NCBI GenBank assembly: GCA_965197745.1
Contig: CBDANS010000007.1
Location: 704,001 to 768,000, forward strand
Source: Opitutales bacterium
GTDB taxonomy: Bacteria > Verrucomicrobiota > Verrucomicrobiia > Opitutales > PNEW01
DNA length: 64,000 nucleotides
Direction: 5' to 3'
Shown: positions 9,921 to 19,200 of the stretch, piece after piece
Layout: each line of letters starts with the position of its first letter
Numbering within the stretch: position 1 is the first letter of the stretch
The notes under the pieces: generated by a model
The model's database searches: none
The model's input: only the letters and a program-made list of their open reading frames with translations
What the model was told of the DNA's origin: nothing
Program-made: the position numbers and the translations under genes

Positions 9921-10754
9921 ATGCGATACGGGATCAGCACCACAGTTATTCTACCTGAAGAATTGGAATCGGGTCTTAATAGAATAAAAAAAGCGGGCTT
10001 TAACGAGGTTGAATTGTTATGGGAACCTCCTCATTTCGAGCTTGGAATGAAATCGATAGAAATGATTCATTCGCTTATGAATCGCTTTGAACTTTCAATG
10101 CGCGTTGGTCACAGCCCGATTACAGGCATCGATTTGGCATCACTGGATAGTGAAAAAAGAAAAGCTTCGCTGGCGGAAGTTGCCAGGTCGTTTACTTTTT
10201 TTAAGGAGCTGGGAGCTGAATCGGTGGTCGTTCACCCCAATGGCTCCTATCCTGATATGTTCAGCATGTATAGCGAAGAAAATCGAAATGCGAGCGTAAC
10301 CAACACTAAAGAATCTATTCTCGAGTTGATTGAAAGCGCAGTCGATACGGAAATAAAGATTGCTTTGGAGAATCTGTGCCATGTTGGGTCAGCGCGGCCC
10401 TTACATTCGATGGAAGATCTATTCGAGTTAATTACAGATATGCCAAGGGAGTATGTTGGCTTATGTCTTGATACTACTCACGCCCAGGTCTCAGGACACG
10501 ACCCGCTGCAGCAATTAAATGTGGCGGCGGACAGATTGTTCACCTTACATTTGCATGATACCGACGGAAACGGCAATCAACACTGGGTGCCGGGGAAAGG
10601 GATCCTTGACTGGGATGGGTTTATCGGAAGATTAGCGGAACTAAAATTTACCGGTGCAAGGACGATTGAAGTGGCTTCCACTCGTGAGACAACCGAAAGC
10701 GTCCTCGAGGGAAGTATTAATATCGCCACCGATTGGGAATCCCGTATTGGATGA
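9921..10754 (+). CDS. Sugar phosphate isomerase/epimerase (AP endonuclease 2 TIM barrel), copy 1
   Basis: Metal ligand pattern IALEN, CLDTTH, HLHD, H.VPGKG, IE. Confidence 0.85.
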   Translation: MRYGISTTVILPEELESGLNRIKKAGFNEVELLWEPPHFELGMKSIEMIHSLMNRFELSMRVGHSPITGIDLASLDSEKRKASLAEVARSFTFFKELGAESVVVHPNGSYPDMFSMYSEENRNASVTNTKESILELIESAVDTEIKIALENLCHVGSARPLHSMEDLFELITDMPREYVGLCLDTTHAQVSGHDPLQQLNVAADRLFTLHLHDTDGNGNQHWVPGKGILDWDGFIGRLAELKFTGARTIEVASTRETTESVLEGSINIATDWESRIG

Positions 10755-10980
10755 TTTTTTTGTCTTCGACGTTTAAGGAAGAATGGAAGGATGGATGATT
10801 GGATAGGTGGGATTTATTTTTGATTATAATCTATTCTTCCAAGACACCTTGCATCCTTAATCTGATATTAATTTTAGAAATAAAATTCCAATCGACAATT
10901 GTAAATAAGAAATCGATTATAGTAACTGATGTGAATTTATCCTCTGACTTTTGACCTTCAACCTTTGATTTTCGACTAAA

Positions 10981-11814
10981 ATGCGATACGGAATCAGCAC
11001 CACAGTTATTCAACCTGAAGAATTGGAATCGGGCCTTGAAAGAATAAAAAAAGCGGGCTTTACCGAGGTTGAGTTGTTATGGGAACCTCCTCATTTCGAG
11101 CTTGGAATCAAATCGATAGAAAAGATTCATTCGCTTATGAATCGCTTTAAACTTTCCATGCGCGTTGGTCACAGCCCGATTACGAACATCGATTTGGCAT
11201 CACTGGATAGTGAGAAAAGAAAAGTCTCGATAGCGGAAGTTGCCAGGTCGTTTACCTTTTTTAAGGAACTGGGAGCTGAATCGGTGGTCGTTCACCCCAA
11301 TGGCTCCGGTCTTGATATGTTCAGCATGTATCCCGAAGAAAATCGAAATGTGAGCGTAACCAAAACTAAAGAATCTATTCTCGAGTTGGTTGAAAGCGCA
11401 GTCGATACGGGAATAAAGATTGCTTTGGAAAATCTGTGCCATGTTGGGTCAGCGCGGCCCTTACATTCGATGGAAGATCTGTTCGAGTTAATTGCAGATA
11501 TGCCAAGGGAGTATGTTGGCTTATGTCTTGATACTACTCACGCCAAGTTCTCAGGACACGACCCGCTGCAGCAATTAAATGTGGCGGCGGACAGATTGTT
11601 CACCTTACATTTGCATGATACCGACGGAAACGGCGATCGACACTGGGTGCCAGGAAAAGGGATCATTGACTGGGATGGATTTATAGGAAGATTAGCGGAA
11701 CTAAAATTTACCGGTTCAAGGACTCTTGAAGTGGTTTCCACTCGTGAGACAACCGAAAGCGTCCTCGAGGGAAGCATTAAAATCGCCACCGATTGGGAAT
11801 CCCGTATTGGATGA
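10981..11814 (+). CDS. Sugar phosphate isomerase/epimerase (AP endonuclease 2 TIM barrel), copy 2
   Basis: Same motifs as copy 1; about 26 of 277 aa differ by hand count. Confidence 0.85.
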   Translation: MRYGISTTVIQPEELESGLERIKKAGFTEVELLWEPPHFELGIKSIEKIHSLMNRFKLSMRVGHSPITNIDLASLDSEKRKVSIAEVARSFTFFKELGAESVVVHPNGSGLDMFSMYPEENRNVSVTKTKESILELVESAVDTGIKIALENLCHVGSARPLHSMEDLFELIADMPREYVGLCLDTTHAKFSGHDPLQQLNVAADRLFTLHLHDTDGNGDRHWVPGKGIIDWDGFIGRLAELKFTGSRTLEVVSTRETTESVLEGSIKIATDWESRIG

Positions 11815-12176
11815 TTTTTTTCTCTTCGACCTTTAAGGAAGAATGGAGGGATGGATGATTGGATAGGTGGGATTTACTTTTGATTATAATCTATTCTTCC
11901 AAACATCCATTTATCCATCCATCTAATCTTATTCCGGCTTTCCGGCCATCCTGCATCCTGCATCCTGATTACACCCTGCCATACGTCTTGTCACGCCGTA
12001 GTTCATCTCTGCTGAACGAAGGTGGAAGCCCCGTCACCGCGGGGTCGAAAACGGTGCTGAATAATTGTACTGGTATCTCACTTTTAGTTGAAATCTGCAT
12101 TTTTACCGTTATCTAAGAACAACAGGCGTAATGTATTAACAGAAATTCAGGGTTTATTTTAAATTAAGGGGTCAAA

Positions 12177-14390
12177 ATGCGTATAAAAAATCTCGTATCG
12201 GTATCGCTAATTTCACTTTTATTTCCACTTCTTCTCCGAGCGCTTCCACAGGACCAGGAAGTATTTTTGGATTTTGAAGATGCCGAAGGATCGGGAGACT
12301 TTTTACTCGGTACCCCGCCCAATGATATCCAATTCATCGGGTTTACAGTAACAACGCTGGAGGACCCAAGTCTGTTGCACTCGGGAACGAAAGCATTAAC
12401 CCTGGGACCCGGCCAGGAGGGAAAAATCTTCACGAGAAAAGGGATTGCTGAAATCGAATTCTACGTGGCTGAAACCGCGGGCGCGGGCAAGATCGAGGTT
12501 CGAGAAATTACCGTCGATATTGTGGGAGTCGAATTAATTGAATTAGCTCAGCAGGGCGTTTTTACGGGTTTTCCGACCAGCATCAATCCTGATTCCAATC
12601 CCGCGCTGCAAAGAATCGTGGCTTTCAGTGGCAATTACTTCGACGAAACAGATCTCAATTACATTGACGGTATGAATGAAATAAAATTCCTGAATGTTTC
12701 GGGTACACTAGTCGTCGACGATGTGGGTTATACCCTCATCGATGGGCCGAGGAACAACACGGTATTTACTTTCTTTTCTGAATTCCCCGAGTCGAATGAT
12801 GATATTACCCTTGGAACATCACCCATTACCGCGACCTTTTCAGGTGCAGATTTATCCGAGGAAACGTCACCTCCGCTCAACGAACAATCCCGCACAAAAC
12901 GTGCTAACTGGAGAGTTCAGAATGGTGATACCGGAACGATCACCTTCGAAACACCGGCGGCGCGGGTACAATTTTTTGCCTCCACCATCACGTTAGCAGC
13001 TAGCAGTGGCGGTGAATCCGATGGGACTATTGAGGTATATGATACTGAAGATAATTTAATCGCCAGGGAAACAGACCTGCAGCAGAATGTCCTGCAGGGA
13101 TCAGGAGTTCCTCATTATACATTTCTTGCCAGTGAATTGGGAGCTGTAGGCGGCATTGCCAAAATCCTTTTAATCGATAATAAAGATGTAAATCCATTAT
13201 TCAGCTCAACGACTATCGACGACTTCGGTTTTACTCCTATTGGAGCCCCGGGGTTTGAAGGTGGCAGCGAACCGCCCCCCGCAGAAGGTCCTTCTATCAC
13301 CACCCAGCCCGCGAGCCAGGAAGTGCAGTCCGGCACAGCGGTAGTATTGTCTGTAGTGGTCAGTGGTGATGATCTTACTTATCAGTGGTTTACCGGCAAC
13401 AGCGGTGATACCGCCGCTCCCGTTGCCGGCGCTACCGGCAGCACGCTAACTACCGGTGCGCTCACCACGAGCACGAACTACTGGGCACAGATAACTAATG
13501 CCGGCGGCAGTGCTGACAGCGATACCGCGGTCATCTCGGTAGCAGCACCGGCTATTCCTCTCGTCCTCGACGGCTCGGGTGATATCGCGGGTGAAAATAT
13601 TCAGCATGCCAACGGTAATGTCTTCGACCAGATATTACTCACCGGAGAGTCCGTCCAACTCCAGGCCAAACCGGGACAGATCACCCGTGTCTCCTTCATG
13701 GACGAAACCGAGGACATCGTGCAGGTAGAATTTTCCGGTAATGGGACCTTTACCGTAACCCTCGATCCGGCCACCTTCCTCCCCCCGGCCATCCCCCCAC
13801 GCTACAACCAGGCCGTTGAGTACGTGACGGGCAAACCGAGCGTGGTCATTGACGGAGCTGACGCCAATACCTTCTTCAGCATCTTCACGGTGGGCAGGAT
13901 CAACGCCTTTAACCAGGCGCTGTTCCCCGAAGGACAGGTGTATGACGCACAGGCTGACGTGACCCTCGTGGAAGTAATTAATTCCACGGGACTTGGAGGG
14001 GTACAGCTGTCGAACACCGTGTTCAGTGGAAGCACTGGTAAAGTAGGCGTGGATGCACGCGGAGTGCCGATCGCGGTACGCTTAACGATCGGCGATATCG
14101 ATGCTGATGGTGATGCGGTGCCTCACCTCCTCTTCGGAGAAGGGTCCTTCACGGTACCTGCGGGCAACCCCGGGTTGCGCATCACCGGAGGTGACCTGTT
14201 GCAGACGAACGGCGCCGCGGTTGTAGTCGCGGAGAGCGGTTCAACAACGACCGGGTTTGAGACCCTGATCACCCAGAACAACTTCAAGTCCGACAATACA
14301 CCTCAGCCGACACTGAGCATCGATGCCACCTTTGCCAACGAAGATGGTGATGACATTACGGTGACCACAGAGGAGATTACGATAGAGTGA
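12177..14390 (+). CDS. Secreted acidic modular surface protein: two related N-terminal domains, an Ig (I-set-like) domain, and a C-terminal domain of unknown function
   Basis: Signal peptide; PSITTQPASQEV...LTYQW...YWAQITNAGGSADS Ig domain; C-terminal region beginning NIQHANGNVFDQILLTG. Confidence 0.75.
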   Translation: MRIKNLVSVSLISLLFPLLLRALPQDQEVFLDFEDAEGSGDFLLGTPPNDIQFIGFTVTTLEDPSLLHSGTKALTLGPGQEGKIFTRKGIAEIEFYVAETAGAGKIEVREITVDIVGVELIELAQQGVFTGFPTSINPDSNPALQRIVAFSGNYFDETDLNYIDGMNEIKFLNVSGTLVVDDVGYTLIDGPRNNTVFTFFSEFPESNDDITLGTSPITATFSGADLSEETSPPLNEQSRTKRANWRVQNGDTGTITFETPAARVQFFASTITLAASSGGESDGTIEVYDTEDNLIARETDLQQNVLQGSGVPHYTFLASELGAVGGIAKILLIDNKDVNPLFSSTTIDDFGFTPIGAPGFEGGSEPPPAEGPSITTQPASQEVQSGTAVVLSVVVSGDDLTYQWFTGNSGDTAAPVAGATGSTLTTGALTTSTNYWAQITNAGGSADSDTAVISVAAPAIPLVLDGSGDIAGENIQHANGNVFDQILLTGESVQLQAKPGQITRVSFMDETEDIVQVEFSGNGTFTVTLDPATFLPPAIPPRYNQAVEYVTGKPSVVIDGADANTFFSIFTVGRINAFNQALFPEGQVYDAQADVTLVEVINSTGLGGVQLSNTVFSGSTGKVGVDARGVPIAVRLTIGDIDADGDAVPHLLFGEGSFTVPAGNPGLRITGGDLLQTNGAAVVVAESGSTTTGFETLITQNNFKSDNTPQPTLSIDATFANEDGDDITVTTEEITIE

Positions 14391-14477
14391 TGCATGATCT
14401 ATCGATCTGTGTTAGACGCCGTCACTCAGTTATGGCGTGCCAAGGGTGTTAAGTTTTATGCAATTAGATGGCGGCCC

Positions 14478-15869
14478 TTATTCTGGCTCTTCGGCTAAGG
14501 ACCTGTATTCCGTTGTCCCTTTTAAACGCCAACCCGCAAATATTAATAAAAGAGCAAAGGTTACGAGAAAATACCATGGGAACCAGGCGAGAGCTTTAAC
14601 AAAAACGGTATCAGTAATAATCGATCCTTCTAACCCAGGATTTGCTATTTCAACTCTGGTTTTTGATTGAGCAAGAAGGAGGGAATAAAGGACCCCCGCA
14701 AATCCATAGACGAGATTAAAAGACAGCCCCTTAAAGCTCAGGACCGTGGCTCGCTGATCAGAACCGGTGATTCGATTCAAGTATTGACTCAGAAAAAGTT
14801 CCGACATGAACATTACGCCGAAAAGTAAAACCATGGGAATCACTCCAGCCAGAGGAATAACGAATGTCATTCCCCAGAGCCCCAGGAATGTAATGAAGCC
14901 GGTGAGAACCAGATTAAATGCGGGAGTTTTAACCTTAGCCAAATATAAGGCGATGCGCGGGATAAAAAGACCCAGGACAAAAAGACCTGACCCGATTATA
15001 CCGAATAAGGCCTCAGGTATATTGATGATACGGAAGTACTGACTGTTAATCGTAATAGCGATGCGAATAATATTGTCGAATACTACCCCCGACAGGATAA
15101 TTACTAAGGCAAATGGTGTTTTCAATATCCAGGTACCTGCCTGCAGGGTTATGCGAATAGATTCGGTTATAGCTTTGATGAAATTTTTTTCTTTGGTCGC
15201 ATTGCTCTTTTCTACAATGGCAACCTCACGCATTCTCAAGGCGGTTACCAGGGTCATGATGGCCATTCCCAAATTTGGATAGAGGGGGAACCTCAAGGTG
15301 ATGGTCTGATTTAAAACACTATTAAACCCTATCCAATCAGTGATACGTTGCATCAATGTAGGATCGTAGACAGCAGCGCCCAGGCTCATAGCGACAATGA
15401 ACGCGATTGATTGAACTCGCATTCGCATATCCAACACGCGACCCCAGTCATTTGCGCTCCCTTCTTTTATTAAAGAGTCATAGGCCAGAGCTTCATCAGC
15501 GCCACTGGCCGCTGCTTCAGCGGCTCCACTAATGATCCGATTGAAAAGGAATAGGGTAAATAAAAAGTTCGGATTGCCCAGGGGGACGAAGCAGAGCAGG
15601 GACATTTCAATGACCATAAGAACTCCCGTAGCGACGAGGAGGTTTCGTCGCCCGATTGCATCGGCTAGAGCACCGGAAGGCACCTCAAGGACGACAATGG
15701 TAGCCGCCCATGCGACGTTGAGCAAAGCAAACTGTTCCAGGCTAAGGCCAAAATCCAAAAAGAGGATGGTGAATATGGGGTAATAAAACCGAGCCGTAAA
15801 AAAAACACGAAAGGCGATAAAGAGACGGATGTTACTTATGCTGAAAGGAGACTTATTGCTGTTTTCCAC
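14478..15869 (-). CDS. MFS transporter
   Basis: Motif A variant EVPSGALADAIGRR, SGADEALAYD, QRATVLS, about 12 hydrophobic segments. Confidence 0.9.
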   Translation of the reverse strand: MENSNKSPFSISNIRLFIAFRVFFTARFYYPIFTILFLDFGLSLEQFALLNVAWAATIVVLEVPSGALADAIGRRNLLVATGVLMVIEMSLLCFVPLGNPNFLFTLFLFNRIISGAAEAAASGADEALAYDSLIKEGSANDWGRVLDMRMRVQSIAFIVAMSLGAAVYDPTLMQRITDWIGFNSVLNQTITLRFPLYPNLGMAIMTLVTALRMREVAIVEKSNATKEKNFIKAITESIRITLQAGTWILKTPFALVIILSGVVFDNIIRIAITINSQYFRIINIPEALFGIIGSGLFVLGLFIPRIALYLAKVKTPAFNLVLTGFITFLGLWGMTFVIPLAGVIPMVLLFGVMFMSELFLSQYLNRITGSDQRATVLSFKGLSFNLVYGFAGVLYSLLLAQSKTRVEIANPGLEGSIITDTVFVKALAWFPWYFLVTFALLLIFAGWRLKGTTEYRSLAEEPE

Positions 15870-16225
15870 ACCTGGCTTCCTATACTAAGTATCAAATTTT
15901 TGTGATTATTTATAAATTAAAGGTAATCATATCTAATAAATTAATCTCTCAGTCGTTAACATACTACCCAATGTATTATTATTTATTGCGACAGCGATAG
16001 AAGAAAAGGCAGATCTTTTTTCGAGTAAGCTACGTCGCGGCAAGCGAATATTAAGCGTGAGATTCATTGGTGCCAGGGGTGTGAGGGGTAATAATTTCAT
16101 TTAACCTAACATGAACAAATGAGGAGATAAATTGTCATAAGTCACGGGGATACAAAAATATGTTTCCATGGAAATCAAATATATATTATGGTTTGATTGA
16201 AACCTGAATAGATACTTATAAGGCA

Positions 16226-19200
16226 ATGGCATTTTCATCTAATTATCGTGGTCCTGATAACACACGGTCCACTTTCTACAAATTGCTTCTGCTGACGGGT
16301 ATATTTATCACTGCTCTCATTCAGGTATTAGCCCAATCTGATAATTTACCTGCACCTGCCTTCGCGGAACTTAAAGCCAAGGCTGATAATTATTATGAAA
16401 ATAAATCCTATGCCTTAGCTTTGAAGATTTATGAAGATATTTCTGCTCTGCCGCTTAGCCCTGAACAGCAACGCTGGATAACTTATCGTAGAGCGGATTC
16501 ACAATGGCGCGCGCAAGAAGCTACACGTTCACCCGACGACACTATTCTCCAGGAAGCGCGCATAACGCTGGAAGATCTATTGCACGATATTGAAGGTGAA
16601 TTGCCACGACCGCAGCTATGGGCCGAGGGACAGGAATCACTGGGCGATTCCTGGTGGATGTCAATAAATCAGCGTAATTGGAATCAGGCATGGCATCATT
16701 ACGAGAAGGGTTTTGATTTTTGGGCCGGCTCCAGTGATTTGCAGGTAGCACGTCATCGGTATTTAAACCTCGCCTGGAAAATAACACAGTCGCCCGATAC
16801 GCAGTTAAAAAATTACACTTATGGTTACAGCGGTAATTACCTACCGGTTCCCATTTTAGAGAACCTTATAAGTTTATCCATTGAACCTGGAGATAAAGCA
16901 CAGGCACATTATTTAATGGCTATGACCTTGCGTAGTCGCGGCGGACAAAATCATCAATTGGCAAGGATCGGAGAAGAATTTACAGCTGCCCTGGAATTGG
17001 GGAAAAAGACAGATTGGTACGATGATGCGCTATTTAATTTCGCTCAATGGGCGGGGCAGAGTGGTCATAATGGTTACGACGATAATGGTAATCTCTTTTC
17101 TGAACCGGATTTTGAAAAAGCGTTGATGCTCTACCGTCGCCTGTTAACGGAATATAAAAAAGGGGAGACGCGATATTATGACTCTGCTACGTCGGCAATT
17201 AACGAAATAACCACGCCGAAGGTGAATCTCAGCGTTCCCCATGTATTCACTCCTGGGGCTGAAGTTTTCTTTAATCTCAATTGGCGTCAGACGGATACTG
17301 TAGAGATCACAATCTATCCGGTTAAATTAGCGCGCGATGTCGACTTTTCTAATACCCGCTATGAACCCTGGCAGTGGCTACAGACAATAAATACAGACGG
17401 TAAAAAAACGTTTAAAAAGATGAGCCAGAGCAAGGTCCCAAAACGGCCGTATTATCCGATGTCCGACTCCATACGGTTGGAGGGTGAAATCCCACCCGGT
17501 GCATATTTAATAGAAGCGAGGGGAGGGGAGCAAACCGCTCGCGATATAATTCTTGTGAATGATTCCGCACTTGTCCTGAAAACGACTAACCGGAGAGCGG
17601 TTGGATTTTTTTGCAACGCGGTTACGGGTAAGCCCATCCCTGAAGGAAAGCTCGTTGTATGGGAGTATAGAAGAGACGGAGATAAATCTATTTGGAATCG
17701 TGTTTCCCGACCGCTCGACGGGCAGGGTCTGGCGAATATTAAATTTAAGAAAGCCAGTCAAAACCGAAGCTATTTTGCCTCTGCCATATATGATGAGCAA
17801 CAGGCTTTTGCCATCTCGTCTTACAATTATAACACCGCCCGGTCCGATATGGAATGGCGCATTTATGCCTATACGGATCGCCCCGCTTATCGCCCGGAGG
17901 AAACCGTTTACTGGAAGGCCATTGCCCGGCAGTACGATGATGAAAGCTATTTTATACCATCCGAAGAAAGCATTACTTACCATATAGATGATCCGCGTGG
18001 TTCAACGGTCCAGGAAGGGAGGGTAACCGTAAATGCTTTCGGTGCATTCTGGGACGATTTGACGCTTACCCCTGACATGACACTGGGGGTCTATAACATA
18101 ACATTTCAAAGAGACTCTGACAAAATGTGGTTAGGCTCTGCTGCCCTCTTTCGCCTGGAGGAGTACAAACTGCCCGAGTTTAAAGTCAGCATTACTTTGG
18201 GCGATACAGAGGTAACTTCACCAGGTGCTTATCAGATGGGAGACACGGTTATCGGTACTGTCCAGGCTGATTATTATTTTGGGGGGCCGGTGCCCAATGC
18301 CGATGTTGAGCTTATTATATATCGCAGACCCTTTTTCCATGGGTGGAAACCGGCTCGAGAATTCAGCTGGTATTACGATAATTCCCCTGCCATGCGATGG
18401 CGGTATTATGGGGGTCCCGGTGAGGTGGTTAAACGGGAGACACTACAAACTGATACGAGGGGAGTAGCATCTTTTAGCATTGATACGCCTCAATATTCGG
18501 ATCAGGATCATGAATATACGATTGAAGCCCGAATCACGGATGCTTCTCGCCGTGAGATAGTAAAAACACGTTCGGTTAAAGTTACGCGGCAAAGTTATTT
18601 CGTCTATCTAGAACCTGAGCACAGGCTTTATCAGCCCAATGATCAGGTGAAAATTTTCATTCATGCCTTTGATGCTAATTCACGACCGGTCAGGGCTGAA
18701 GGCCGATTGCGTCTGACGCGGGATCGTTGGAAAGAAATCTGGATCGATGATCATGGACGCGAAATTTCGGGCGAGAAACTCAGTGATATCAAAGCGAGAC
18801 CCAGTTTTTTTCATACTTTTACTACTGCTCCTCAGGATTACAGGTTAAAGAGTCAGGGTTACGAAACTGAAGAAATAGAGATCACGCGATTGATGACAAA
18901 TAATGATGGTGAGGCTGTTTATACTTTTGAGGTGCCTCAAAGCGGGTACTACCGGGTTGCCTGGGTAAGTCGTGATAAAAGCGGTCAACCGATTAAATCT
19001 GATACCGCGCTATGGGCGGCAAAGAATCGCGACACCGAATTAGGTTATCATCCCGGGGGCGTATCTATTATTGTAGATAAGGAAACTTTTAAAGTAGGAA
19101 ATAAAGCTCCGGTTATGCTAACCGTTCCTGCCAATGACCGTTACTTGCTTTTCAGTGTTGGAGCAGAGGATATATTGTCAGCACAGGTTGTCCATGTGGA

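Larger units (their letters stand above)
9830..11902 (+). repeat. Tandem duplication, period 1060 bp (about 9830-10842 / 10890-11902)
   Basis: The gene plus about 90 bp upstream and about 90 bp downstream align at a constant offset of 1060. Confidence 0.95.

Noticed and set aside
9921..11814. Diversity-generating retroelement TR/VR pair
   Set aside because: Whole genes are duplicated, differences are not confined to adenines, and there is no reverse transcriptase in the window.
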